Assembly: GCA_963716445.1 (NCBI GenBank)
Contig: OY970313.1
Coordinates: forward strand, 422,731-486,730
Source of the DNA: an uncultured Solirubrobacterales bacterium
GTDB lineage: Bacteria > Actinomycetota > Thermoleophilia > Solirubrobacterales > Thermoleophilaceae
Length of the DNA: 64,000 bases
Direction: 5' to 3'
A model generated the notes under the pieces. The model searched no databases. It had not been told where the DNA came from and saw nothing but the letters and a program-made list of their open reading frames with translations. Positions 27,778 to 37,345 of this stretch are shown here, piece after piece. The stretch's first letter is position 1; each line of letters opens with the position of its first letter. The position numbers and the translations under genes are program-made.

Positions 27778-27812
27778 GCCGCCTGTTCCTTCTTCAGCTC
27801 GCGATCCGCATG

Positions 27813-27828
27813 TTAGCAATATCGCTAA
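27813..27828. promoter_or_regulatory. Palindrome TTAGC-N6-GCTAA upstream of the XRE gene (operator candidate)
   Basis: TTAGCAATATCGCTAA, 36 nt upstream of ATG 27777 in an AT-richer patch. Confidence 0.25.
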
Positions 27829-28107
27829 TGCTTGAAATCAGCCGTGGCTAGCGGATCGTCGCGGCCCACTCGATCGGAACCAACGGGTCCCTTCTTGACG
27901 CCCGCGCGGCGAGCGAGCCGCCCCCCGACCGGTACGCGGCGGCCTACGCGAGGTCGAGTACAAGCGTTTGGCGCCTGAGCCTGCCAATCAGCCGCTGGGC
28001 AGCCTACCCGCGACCTCTGTCGACCACGCGGTTACCTGATAAGACCATGTCTCGTCGACCAGCAGGCGGGACGAGAGGCGACGAACAAACACAAAAAGGG
28101 GCTCGCG

Positions 28108-29130
28108 ATGGCAATCGGCAAGATGGTGAGGGCAGCGATCGGGACGGTCTGTGTTGCATTGGCGACGGCGGCATTGGCGCCAGCGGTCGCTGCGGCGGAC
28201 GTCGAGCCGAACAACTCGGTCATCGATCCCGAGGGGCCGCTGCTGGCCGGGACCCAAGGCCAAAGCGGAACGCTCAACTCGAGCGATCGGGACGACTGGT
28301 ACGTGTTCTATGTCGACGGCGTCCATCAGCTGCGCCTGTCCCACCCCGTGTCGGTCCTCCCCACCTGCTGGTCGGTCACGCTCACGGACGCAGACGGTCA
28401 GCAGATCGCGTCGAACTACACGAGCCCCGCGGGCACGACGCGCTTCTTCGTCCACGTCAGCTTCGAGCCGATCTTCGACCGGTGCGCGTCGGGGGTGGGC
28501 TACAGCTTCAACGTCGAGCCAGGCGCCGCGCTGGTGCCTGGGCCCGGAAAGCTGCCGACCAAGGGCACGAGGGAGCCCAACGAGACCCTCGCCGAGGCGG
28601 GTGGCCCGCTGGTTCCGGGCATCTGGTACTTCTCCAGGCTCGAGACCGGCAACGATCACGACTGGCTGCACTTCTACGTTCGTCCTGGTGCGCGGCAGGT
28701 CGACGTGGAGACGGTCACCTACGGCGGCGACGACTCGTGCGATGGCCAGGCGCTGTCGCTCGCTAACTCGCGTGGGATTGCGCGGCGTACCAGCTTTCAG
28801 ACGCGTGGGGCGATCGAGCACCTCACCGTGAGCACGCGGCGCGGAGCGCACCTCTTTCTCCACAGCTTCGGCTTCAAGGACGACGGCTGCGCCGGCGCCT
28901 CGGCAGTCGTCCAGGTCGGGCCGCAGGACGCGATCATGTCGAGGGCGGAGGCCCGGGCGTCATGCTCGAAGGGCCGCCGCGCGGCCCGGAGCGCGCTCAG
29001 GCGGGTCGCGGCCGACAAGCGGGCCATCGCACGCGCCGACGGCTCGCCGTCCCGCGCCCAGAGGCGCAAGCTCGCCGGCGACCGTCGCAAGCTCGAGAGC
29101 GCTCGCCGGCTGGTCTCGGTCTACTGCTAG
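28108..29130 (+). CDS. Secreted protein with two pre-peptidase C-terminal (PPC)-like domains and a basic helical tail
   Basis: Signal peptide ...ALAPAVAAADV. Two units of the EPNNS/EPNET ... D(R/H)DDW(Y/L)xFYV pattern. Confidence 0.65.
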   Translation: MAIGKMVRAAIGTVCVALATAALAPAVAAADVEPNNSVIDPEGPLLAGTQGQSGTLNSSDRDDWYVFYVDGVHQLRLSHPVSVLPTCWSVTLTDADGQQIASNYTSPAGTTRFFVHVSFEPIFDRCASGVGYSFNVEPGAALVPGPGKLPTKGTREPNETLAEAGGPLVPGIWYFSRLETGNDHDWLHFYVRPGARQVDVETVTYGGDDSCDGQALSLANSRGIARRTSFQTRGAIEHLTVSTRRGAHLFLHSFGFKDDGCAGASAVVQVGPQDAIMSRAEARASCSKGRRAARSALRRVAADKRAIARADGSPSRAQRRKLAGDRRKLESARRLVSVYC

Positions 29131-29318
29131 ACGATGCTCCGCGTGCGCTGGCTCTGCTGAGCTAGCTGAGTTGCTTGTGCGTGTGGCCGTACGGAAAGCG
29201 AGGCGGGCGAGCTGTCGGTCAGCCCGCTGGATCCGAACCCGGGGCCGAGCGGCTTTCGCCGGGCGGGGTGAGCGAGCGCCAAGCAGACTGTTCGCCGGGG
29301 AAAGGCGAACGCTGGTCG

Positions 29319-29909
29319 TCAGCGGTGGTAGACGAGGTGGGTGACGTTGGGTGTGGCGCGGCTGCTCACCGGGGTCAGCTCCACGCCCGCGGCGTCGGCG
29401 AACAGCCGCTCGCCGCCTCCGGCGACGAACGGCGACACGTGGACCCGCAGCTCGTCGATCAGGCCGGCGGCGAGGTACTGGTTGGTGACGCTGGGCCCGC
29501 CGGCGATCGAGACGTCCTTGTCGCCCGCGGCGTCGCGGGCCCGCTCGAGCGCCGCCTCGATCCCCTCGGTGACGAAGTGGAAGACGGTGCCGCCCTCCAT
29601 CTCGATGCTGGGGCGCGGGCGGTGGCAGAGGACGAACGTCGGCGCGTGGTAGGGAGGGTTGGGACCCCACCAGCCCTGCCAGTCGAGGTCCCACTCGCCC
29701 TGATCGGAGGCGAACATCTTGCGCCCCATCACGTACGCGCCCGCCGCGGTGATCGCCGCTTTCTCCTCGGCGTTCTCGTCGGCGTGTTCGAACTGCCACG
29801 CGTGCAGGCGATCCGGGTCGATGTCGCCGAACGGACTCTCCCGGCTCTGGTTCCTGCCGCTCGCGTAGCCGTCGAGGGTGATCGTCATGTCTGCGGTGAC
29901 CCTGGGCAT
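29319..29909 (-). CDS. Dihydrofolate-reductase-family protein (RibD C-terminal domain)
   Basis: MTITLDGY...YVMGRKMF...FVLCHRP...IAGGPSVTNQYLAAGLIDELRVHVSPF. Confidence 0.85.
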   Translation of the reverse strand: MPRVTADMTITLDGYASGRNQSRESPFGDIDPDRLHAWQFEHADENAEEKAAITAAGAYVMGRKMFASDQGEWDLDWQGWWGPNPPYHAPTFVLCHRPRPSIEMEGGTVFHFVTEGIEAALERARDAAGDKDVSIAGGPSVTNQYLAAGLIDELRVHVSPFVAGGGERLFADAAGVELTPVSSRATPNVTHLVYHR

Positions 29910-29994
29910 CTCTCGACCTCAGTGCGTCGGGGACATCTTCCACGCGATCGACGAACCAGGCATCCGACAGCTGCGGGTGCCGCCGCCGGCGGCC

Positions 29995-30663
29995 ATGACA
30001 CCATCCTACGACCCCGCCAAGGCTGAGCAATCGGCCTGGGGCCTCCCATCCAAAACCCCATCGCATCGCATGAGCTACCGCCCCCACCCGAGCGATCTCG
30101 ACGCGAGCGGCGTCCTGCCGGCCGGCTCCGAGTGGGGCTGGCGTCTGATCGTCCGCTCGGCGCTCAGCATCCTCGGCCTGACGATCGGGCTGTTGGCGCT
30201 CTATGCGCTCGTGCCCGTCCCGAGCGATAGCTCGGGAGCTGCCGCGATCCTCAGCATGATCAGCGGCTTGGTGCTCTTCGTCGTCCTGGTCGGTTGGCGA
30301 ATCCACCGGATCATGGGCGACCAGCACCCGGTTCTGCGCGCGATCGAGGCTCTCGCGCTCGCCCTGCCCCTGCTGATCGTCATCTTCGCCTTCAGCTATC
30401 TGACGCTCTCGCGTGCGGACCCGGCGAGCTTCTCCGAGCACCTGGGCCGCGTCGACGCCTTCTATTACACGGTCTCGACGCTCACCACCGTCGGCTTCGG
30501 CGACATCACCGCCGACTCGGCCGGGGCGCGAATTCTCGTCACGGTGCAGATGCTGTTCGACCTAGCGCTGATCGCGGTGCTCGTGCGGCTGGTCGTCCTC
30601 GTCACGCGCACCGGCTTGCGCCGGCAGAGCGCTGAGGGAGATCGCCTCGGCAGCGGCGAGTGA
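29995..30663 (+). CDS. Small potassium channel (2-TM pore, TVGFGD filter)
   Basis: YYTVSTLTTVGFGDITADS selectivity filter flanked by TM helices. Start uncertain: ATG 29995 or 30070. Confidence 0.75.
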   Translation: MTPSYDPAKAEQSAWGLPSKTPSHRMSYRPHPSDLDASGVLPAGSEWGWRLIVRSALSILGLTIGLLALYALVPVPSDSSGAAAILSMISGLVLFVVLVGWRIHRIMGDQHPVLRAIEALALALPLLIVIFAFSYLTLSRADPASFSEHLGRVDAFYYTVSTLTTVGFGDITADSAGARILVTVQMLFDLALIAVLVRLVVLVTRTGLRRQSAEGDRLGSGE

Positions 30664-30744
30664 CTCTCGACCCTGCTGCTTCGCCGCGGCGAGGGCAACC
30701 TCTCACGAGACAATTCTGGCTGAGCTCTCGTCTAGGCTGGCGCC

Positions 30745-32337
30745 GTGGCCAAGCGGGGGATCCTCACGGTCCTGGCGGCGGCTCAGTTCCTGATGGTCCT
30801 GGACCAGGCGGTGATGAACGTCGCGATCTCGCAGCTGGTCGCCGACTTCGACACCACGGTGACGACGATCCAGGCGGTGATCGCGTCCTACGCGCTGGTG
30901 ATGGCCGGGCTGATGCTCACCGGCGGCAAGTTGGGAGACCTCCTCGGAAGGCGGCGAGCCTTCACGATCGGTCTCTGCATATACGGCGTCGGCTCCGCGC
31001 TGACCGCCGTCTCGTGGAGCGTTCCCTCCCTGATGCTCGGTTGGTCGGTGCTGGAGGGAATCGGCGCCGCTCTGGTGTTGCCGGCGATGGTCGCCCTGGT
31101 CGCGGCCAACTTCGAGGGCCAGGACAGGGCGCTGGCCTACGGCGTGCTGGGCGGCGTGGCCGGAGCGGGCATCGCCGTCGGCCCGATCCTCGGTGGCTGG
31201 GTGACGACCGAGTTCACCTGGCGGCTCGTGTTCGCCGGAGAGGTGGTCGTCGCGATCGGCATTCTGCTCGGCGCGCGAATGATCCGAGAGGCGCCCCGAG
31301 TCGAGGCGCGCTCAGGCCTCGACTGGATCGGGAGCGTGCTCTCCGCGCTCGGTCTCGGCCTGATCGTGCTGGGCGTGTTGCAGGCCAGCAACTGGGGTTG
31401 GCTCCAGCCGCGCAGCTCGCCGCTGGAGCCCTTCGGCTTCTCGCTGACGCCGTTCGTGATCGCGGCGGGTGGCCTCTTGATTGCCGCGTTCGTCGCGTGG
31501 GAGCGCCGCCGCGAGGAGCGCGGAGGGGATCCGCTCCTGCACCTGAGGCTGCTCCGCCTGCCCAGCCTGCGCGGGGGCGTGGCGATGCTGCTCGCTCAGA
31601 ACCTGATCTTGATGGGGATCTTCTTCACCATCCCGCTCTTCCTGCAGATCGTCCAGGGCTTGGATGCACTGGAGACCGGCGTGCGAATGCTGCCGGCATC
31701 CGTGGGGCTGTTCGCCACCGCGCTCGCCGGGTCGAGACTGGCGAAGCGCTTCTCTGCCCGGGCCCTCGTGCGCGTCGGCCTCGCCGTCGTCTTCGCCGCC
31801 ACCCTCCTGCTGCTTGGAACGATCGAGCCGGAGCTCGACAACGCCTCGTTCCTGATCGCGATGGGCGTACTGGGGATCGGCATGGGGCTGATCGTCTCCC
31901 AGCTCGGGAACGTCGTTCAGTCGGCCGTCGTGGACCGAGACCGCAGTGAGGCGGGCGGCCTGCAGAACACCGCTCAGCAGCTGGGCTCCTCGCTCGGAAC
32001 GGCTTTCCTGGGAGCGGTGGTCCTGACCGGCCTGCTCTCGGCCTTCTCGGCCAACGTCTCATCCAATCCCCGCATCGCCGACGACGTTCAGGCGCAGGTG
32101 CAGACCCGGCTCAGCGCGGGGGGCAGCTTCGTGTCGTCCGCCCAGGTCGAGTCCGCGGCGACGAAGGCCGGCCTGAACCGCGAGGAGGTCACGGAGATAG
32201 TGAGCGACTACGAGGACGCCCAGCTCACGGCGTTGAAGACCGCGCTCCTGTTCGCCGCGCTTCTCGTCCTCGCTTCGTTCCTCGCCACGCGGCACCTGCC
32301 TGCCCGCCGCTTCGACGAGCTTCGAGCGCCGAGCTAG
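30745..32337 (+). CDS. MFS transporter, DHA2 (EmrB/QacA-like, 14-TMS)
   Basis: LMVLDQAVMNVAISQL, GKLGDLLGRRRAF, and 14 hydrophobic segments. Confidence 0.9.
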   Translation: MAKRGILTVLAAAQFLMVLDQAVMNVAISQLVADFDTTVTTIQAVIASYALVMAGLMLTGGKLGDLLGRRRAFTIGLCIYGVGSALTAVSWSVPSLMLGWSVLEGIGAALVLPAMVALVAANFEGQDRALAYGVLGGVAGAGIAVGPILGGWVTTEFTWRLVFAGEVVVAIGILLGARMIREAPRVEARSGLDWIGSVLSALGLGLIVLGVLQASNWGWLQPRSSPLEPFGFSLTPFVIAAGGLLIAAFVAWERRREERGGDPLLHLRLLRLPSLRGGVAMLLAQNLILMGIFFTIPLFLQIVQGLDALETGVRMLPASVGLFATALAGSRLAKRFSARALVRVGLAVVFAATLLLLGTIEPELDNASFLIAMGVLGIGMGLIVSQLGNVVQSAVVDRDRSEAGGLQNTAQQLGSSLGTAFLGAVVLTGLLSAFSANVSSNPRIADDVQAQVQTRLSAGGSFVSSAQVESAATKAGLNREEVTEIVSDYEDAQLTALKTALLFAALLVLASFLATRHLPARRFDELRAPS

Positions 32338-32511
32338 CTCCCGGCCCGGCCCGCGTCAGCGTGGGAGTATGTGAAGCGATCGTTACGCCCTCGGGAGGGG
32401 ATGACGCTTGGCCGAGCCGCTACATGACGCGAGACGCGCCTGACTGACGGAGCCGACACGAGCTCCGCGGCGGAGTCCGAGCCGGAGGGAGCGAGCAACC
32501 GGCTCGCTCTC

Positions 32512-34050
32512 TTGCTCGCGATGGCGATGTTCGTGTTCGTCATCGACACGTCGCTGATGAACGTGTCGATCTCGGCGGTCGTGCGCGACCTCGACACGAC
32601 GGTGAGCGGCGTCCAGTCCGCCGTCGCGATCGAGGCGCTGGTGTCCGCGGCTTTCATCCTGATCGGCAGCAAGGTCGGCGACCTGTTCGGCCGCCGGCGC
32701 GCCTTCGTAGGGGGCTTGCTGATGTACATCTCCGGGGCGCTCGCGATGGTGGTCGCCGACAGTCTCGCTCCGGTGATCGTCTTCTGGGCCGTCATGGGCG
32801 GTCTCGGCGCTTCGCTGTACCTGCCCGCGATGCAGTCCCTGATCCACGGCAACTTCGAGGGCACCGCCCAGAGGAAGGCCTACGCGCTGGTCGGGGCGTC
32901 GGCCGCGATCGCCGCAGCGATCGGGCCTCTGCTCGGCGGCTTCCTGACGACGTACCTGTCCTGGCGCGTGGGGTTCATGCTGGAGGCCGTCGTGATCGTC
33001 GTCGTGCTGCGCGGCAGCAGGCGACTTCTCCGCGAGGTGCCATACGCGGGCGAGTGTGGCGTGGACTTCGTCGGCGCGATCCTCTCCGTCCTGGGCATGG
33101 GCGGGCTCGTGCTCGGCATCCTGGCCTGGCAGGAGGGTGGCGAGTCGGTGGCCGCGCTGCTGGCGCTTGGGCTCATGGCGATGGGCGCGCTGATCTACTG
33201 GCTGGTGCGCCGCGAGCGCGAGGACAAGCCGGCCTTGCTCGATCCGCGCCTGTTCGAGTCCAAGCGGTTCAGCTTTGGGATCTCCCAGGGCATCATGCAG
33301 CAGGTGGCGCTGGGCGGTCTGCTGATCGCGCTTCCGATCTACCTTCAGATGGTGCTGGGCTACGACGCGATGGAGGCGGGCCTGTCGCTCGCGCCGCTGT
33401 CGCTGACGATGTTCGCGGTCGCGGTGGTGGCGGGGCGAAGGGCCGGCAGGCATCGATCGAGCATTCTCATACGGGCCGGGTTCGCGTTGCTGTTGGCGGC
33501 GGTGGCGCTGCTGATCCCGATCGTCCCGAGCGCGGACAGCGGCTGGTACCTGGCCATTCCGCTCGTGCTCGCCGGAGCAGGGCTCGGCTTGCTGGTCTCC
33601 CAGCTCAACAGCTACACCCTCTCCCCGATCTCGGAGGAGCGTGTCGGCGAGGCCGCCGGCGTCAACTCGGCTACGGGGTCCTTCGGCCTCTCGCTGGGGT
33701 TGGCCTTCGCGGGCGCCGTGATGCTCGCGACGCTCTCGATCGCGTTCACCGACAAGGCGCAGTCGAGCGACGTGCTCGCCCCGGCGGAGCAGCAGCGCGT
33801 CGCAGACGCGCTCGAGGACGACGCGCAGATCATGAGCAACGCCCAGCTCGAGGGGCTGCTCGCCGGCCAGCCGGACGACGTTCGCGAGGAGATCGTCGCG
33901 ATCAACGCCGACGCGCGACCGCTCGCGCTCCAGGTCGCGCTGGCCGTTCCGCTGCTCGCGGCGCTGATCGGCCTCCTGAGCTCCTTCGGCATGGTGCGAC
34001 TGCCCGATCCCCTCCCATCGCCGGCTGTCGAGGTTCCGGGAGGTAGGTGA
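32512..34050 (+). CDS. MFS transporter, DHA2 family (paralogue of the preceding gene)
   Basis: FVIDTSLMNVSISAV and SKVGDLFGRRRAF. The N-terminus may extend upstream (CTG 32440), because TM1 looks clipped. Confidence 0.85.
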   Translation: MLAMAMFVFVIDTSLMNVSISAVVRDLDTTVSGVQSAVAIEALVSAAFILIGSKVGDLFGRRRAFVGGLLMYISGALAMVVADSLAPVIVFWAVMGGLGASLYLPAMQSLIHGNFEGTAQRKAYALVGASAAIAAAIGPLLGGFLTTYLSWRVGFMLEAVVIVVVLRGSRRLLREVPYAGECGVDFVGAILSVLGMGGLVLGILAWQEGGESVAALLALGLMAMGALIYWLVRREREDKPALLDPRLFESKRFSFGISQGIMQQVALGGLLIALPIYLQMVLGYDAMEAGLSLAPLSLTMFAVAVVAGRRAGRHRSSILIRAGFALLLAAVALLIPIVPSADSGWYLAIPLVLAGAGLGLLVSQLNSYTLSPISEERVGEAAGVNSATGSFGLSLGLAFAGAVMLATLSIAFTDKAQSSDVLAPAEQQRVADALEDDAQIMSNAQLEGLLAGQPDDVREEIVAINADARPLALQVALAVPLLAALIGLLSSFGMVRLPDPLPSPAVEVPGGR

Positions 34051-34494
34051 GGAGGACTACTCCGTCGGGGTCCCCCTCAAGCTGGGTCGGGTTCCATTCG
34101 AGATCGCCGGCCGATGGCAGAATGGCGACGGTGACCTCCCCTAATCCCACGATCCAGGGATGAGCCGCTGTGGCCACGGCTGGCGGACCTCCCGCTCGTC
34201 GTCGAGTTGTGCGAATACGAGACGCTGCATGCGGTCCTCGCCAGCGAGTTCAGCCGTGTGACCACCCACGTGCGCTTGGTCGGTACCGGCGCCGACGGTC
34301 TCGGCGAGGACGTCTCGCTGATGGAGGAGGCGGCGTCGCTGCACGAGGCGACGCCCGCTCTGGGGCGAGCTGGGCGTGGGCCGCGGGCAGATCGAGCTGC
34401 TCGCGGCGATCTTCCATCCCGACGCCCCCAACGACGTCGCCCCGAGCGCCTACAACGAGGACGACCCGGCGGGCGAGCTGGCGGGCAGCCCGTG

Positions 34495-35121
34495 TCAGCC
34501 GTACTTGACCGCGATCCCCTCGAGAACGTGGCCGATGCGGTCGCAGGCGTCGATCGCCTGCTCGAGGCGCTCGAAGAGATCCTTCCAGCGGATCACGACC
34601 ATCGGGTCGATGCCGCCCACGAAGAGCGTCACGAGCGCCTCACGGCTGATCCGGTCGCCCTCGTCCTCGAGCCGCGAGATCTCCGCGATGTGGGGGCCGA
34701 GCCGGTCCAGCGACGAGAGCGCGGTGAGCGCCTCCGAGACCTCGCGGCCGCACTCGCGCAGCACGCGTGTCAGTTCTAGACCCTGCTCCATCGGAGCCTC
34801 GATCTTGTAGAGGCCGAGCAGGTCAGCGGCCTCCTCCGTGTTGTCGAGCGCATCGTCGAGCGCTGCCGCGAGCGCATGGACGTCCCTGCGCTCGATCGGC
34901 GTGTCCTTCGCCGAGGGCAGCGCGTGAAGGATGTCGTGGGTGACCCGGTCACCCTTCTCCTCGAGCGCCTTGATCTCGCCGCGCAGCTGCGGCTCGTCGG
35001 GCCAGCTACCCATCATGCGGTCGAGCAGCCCGGTGGCGAGCGCAAGGTTGCGGCCGCCCTCGTCGAAGAGGGTCACGAACGTTTGCCAACTCCCTGCGCC
35101 TGCGAACAACGGCACGCCCAT
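34495..35121 (-). CDS. DUF47 / PhoU-related (YkaA-like) phosphate-transport-regulator family protein
   Basis: Helical repeat EEKGDRVTHDI...LDNTEEAADL...EDEGDRISREAL...WKDLFERLEQAIDACDRIGHVLEGIAVKY. ATG 35121 follows GAGGAG. Confidence 0.8.
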   Translation of the reverse strand: MGVPLFAGAGSWQTFVTLFDEGGRNLALATGLLDRMMGSWPDEPQLRGEIKALEEKGDRVTHDILHALPSAKDTPIERRDVHALAAALDDALDNTEEAADLLGLYKIEAPMEQGLELTRVLRECGREVSEALTALSSLDRLGPHIAEISRLEDEGDRISREALVTLFVGGIDPMVVIRWKDLFERLEQAIDACDRIGHVLEGIAVKYG

Positions 35122-35201
35122 CGGTCCACTCCTCGGCTCGCCTACTAGCTTGGCTGCAGATTGACCGCATCCTCGGAAGATCCCGTTATGCGCGTGTAGC
35201 C

Positions 35202-35227
35202 ATCTGGTGAAAAAGTGGTGAAACTCG
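35202..35227 (-). promoter_or_regulatory. Two 11-bp-phased TTTCACC boxes (TTTCACCACTT TTTCACCAGAT) upstream of the DUF47 gene
   Basis: Read on the minus strand, 85-106 nt upstream of ATG 35121. Same motif family as 36069, 47385, 51521 and 59455. Confidence 0.5.
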
Positions 35228-35294
35228 TTACCAAGCGGTCTCGCGGGCGTATGCTGGCCGTGGGCCATGGCGCTGCAGCGTCGCCGCACCTCCG

Positions 35295-36059
35295 ATGATC
35301 AGCTCTCAAACAGGTCCCGTTCGGCTCGCGATCCTCGACGCCGACTCGGGCTTCGCCAGGGTGGTGACAAATCGCGCGGAGAGCGCAGGCTGGCAGCTGC
35401 GCCGTTTCGAGGCGCCCCCGCCGGTCGAGGAGTTCGCCGCGATGAAGGTCCACGCGCTGATCGTCGACTTGGCGATGCTCGGGCCGGACGCCTGGCGGTA
35501 CCTGGAGCAGGTGGCGAGTGCGGTGCCGGCACTGGGGATCGTCGTCGCGACCGGCCGATCCAGCGTCGCCCAGCGCGTTCGCGGGCTCAGGGCCGGTGCC
35601 GACGACTGGATGACCAAGCCCTGCCATCCCGAAGAGGTCCTGGCGCGGGTGGAAGCCGTCGTGCGCAGGCGCCAGGCAAACGACCGTCTCGCGGCCGAGC
35701 CGATTGCGGCCGGCGAGCTCGAGATACGCGCCGATCACTTCCAGGCGTTCGTCGACGGGCGCGGCGTCGACCTCACCCGCCGCGAGTTCGAGGTGCTGCA
35801 GCTGCTGGCCTCGGCGAAGGGCAAGGTACTCCAGCGCGAGGAGATCTACCAGCAGGGCTGGGGCTACTCGATGGCCCACGGCGACCGCTCGGTCGACGTC
35901 TTCGTGCGCAAGCTCCGACACAAGCTCCAGGTCGCCTCGCCGTCCTGGCGCTACATCCACACCCACTTCGGCGTGGGCTACCGGTTCGAGCCCGAGCCCA
36001 TCCCCTCAGGCGACGAGCCGATCGACGAGCCGTCCGAGCCGGCCGCATCGCCCGCGTGA
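35295..36059 (+). CDS. OmpR/PhoB-family response regulator (receiver plus winged helix), no adjacent kinase
   Basis: Receiver residues (ILDAD, IVDLAM, VVATG, TKP) and a Trans_reg_C domain (LTRREFEVLQLL...RSVDVFVRKLRHKL...IHTHFGVGYRF). Confidence 0.85.
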   Translation: MISSQTGPVRLAILDADSGFARVVTNRAESAGWQLRRFEAPPPVEEFAAMKVHALIVDLAMLGPDAWRYLEQVASAVPALGIVVATGRSSVAQRVRGLRAGADDWMTKPCHPEEVLARVEAVVRRRQANDRLAAEPIAAGELEIRADHFQAFVDGRGVDLTRREFEVLQLLASAKGKVLQREEIYQQGWGYSMAHGDRSVDVFVRKLRHKLQVASPSWRYIHTHFGVGYRFEPEPIPSGDEPIDEPSEPAASPA

Positions 36060-36068
36060 GCTCTGCTC

Positions 36069-36112
36069 GTTATCCAGATCTTCTCCAACTCGACACAAGC
36101 GATTCACCGACG
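36069..36112 (+). promoter_or_regulatory. Four 11-bp-phased boxes GTTATCCAGAT CTTCTCCAACT CGACACAAGCG ATTCACCGACG upstream of the stand-alone wHTH gene
   Basis: 31-74 nt upstream of ATG 36143. Shares CCAGAT, CTTCTCC and TTCACC with the other arrays. Confidence 0.5.
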
Positions 36113-36142
36113 TAGGCGGCGTGTCGGAAAGGGTCTTGCTCC

Positions 36143-36487
36143 ATGCTTGCCCTGCCGCCGACATCGCGGCCCTCGGACGAGGAAGTCCGGATCGAGAACG
36201 TCGATATCCGACCTGCGGAGCTGCAGGTGCTGATCGACGGACGGCGAGCCGGCCTCACCGTGCGCGAGTTCGAGCTCTTCTACGTGCTCGCGCAGCGGCT
36301 CGACCGCGTCGTGCAGCGCGAGGACATCTACCAGCTCGTCTGGGGCGGCAAGATGCCGCGGCGCGATCGCTCGGTGGACGTGCTGGTGCGCAAGGTGCGG
36401 CACAAGCTCGAGCTCGCCGCACCCGAGTGGGCGTACATCCACACCCACTTCGGCATCGGCTACCGCTTCGCGCCCGAGCGGCGCTAG
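36143..36487 (+). CDS. Stand-alone OmpR-type winged-helix DNA-binding protein (no receiver domain)
   Basis: LTVREFELFYVLAQ...RSVDVLVRKVRHKLE...IHTHFGIGYRF, about 60% identical by eye to the C-terminal domain of 35295..36059. Confidence 0.75.
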   Translation: MLALPPTSRPSDEEVRIENVDIRPAELQVLIDGRRAGLTVREFELFYVLAQRLDRVVQREDIYQLVWGGKMPRRDRSVDVLVRKVRHKLELAAPEWAYIHTHFGIGYRFAPERR

Positions 36488-36562
36488 GCGGATCGGACGC
36501 TCGATCGAGCGGTTGCCCGGCGCGTAGGGCACTCGTCGCCGCAGCCCATGGCGAGAGGACGT

Positions 36563-37345
36563 TCACTCGAACGACCCCGCGTTGCCCTGTGCCTTGTTGA
36601 AGGCACAGCGGAACAGCTCGGGCTGGCCGACGGGCTTGCCGCCCGCGAAGCCACCGCGGTCGCCGTTGTCGTAGACGGTGACGTAGTGGAGCGTCTCCGG
36701 CGACGGGTTGGCCGGCACAGGCGCCGGGTCGGGCTCCCCGGCGCGCGGGTCGCCGCGCGAGAGATCGCTCACACCCTGCGAGCCGGCGGCGCGGGCCCCC
36801 GACGCGGTGGTCGTCAGCGTGGCGCTCATCTCGCGGCGGTCCTCGAGCCCGTCCGTCGGGTCGACGTCGGTAGACGCGGTCACCTCGTTGTCATCGACGC
36901 GCCCGGCGAGCTTCACGCGTGGCGCCGCACCGATCAGCTGCGCGGCGGTCGGCAGGTAGCCGCCTAGCTCCGTGCACGCTTGGGTGGCGAAGAAGTAGTC
37001 GTTCTTGCCGATGTCGCCGCCCACCACGGGGTAGGGGCTGGTCATCAGGCAGACCGTTCCGAGGTCGACCGTCTCGGGCGCGCAGCGGTCCAGCAATGCC
37101 CGCGCGCGGCGGCCGCCGACGCGGTCGGCGTTGCGGGCGCGACGCACCTTCGGGATCGCCGCCGCCGGGAACCTCGCGCGGGCGTCGAGGCGCAGCAGGC
37201 CGAACTTCCGCGGCTTCAGGCTCGGCCCCGGCAGCGACCGGTTCTTGGCCGCGTCGGACTCGGCCGTGGTGGAGAGGACGACCGCGACGAGGGCCACGAA
37301 CAGCGCCGAGCAGGCGAGCAGGCTCGAGAGGCGGGGGTTCGTCAT
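36563..37345 (-). CDS. Membrane-anchored or secreted protein, last gene of the giant operon (C-type-lectin/DUF1566-like segment, weak call)
   Basis: ATG 37345 follows AAGGAG and overlaps the upstream stop (ATGA). TM segment MTNPRLSSLLACSALFVALVAVVL, then YFFATQACTELGGYLPTAAQL. Confidence 0.65.
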   Translation of the reverse strand: MTNPRLSSLLACSALFVALVAVVLSTTAESDAAKNRSLPGPSLKPRKFGLLRLDARARFPAAAIPKVRRARNADRVGGRRARALLDRCAPETVDLGTVCLMTSPYPVVGGDIGKNDYFFATQACTELGGYLPTAAQLIGAAPRVKLAGRVDDNEVTASTDVDPTDGLEDRREMSATLTTTASGARAAGSQGVSDLSRGDPRAGEPDPAPVPANPSPETLHYVTVYDNGDRGGFAGGKPVGQPELFRCAFNKAQGNAGSFE

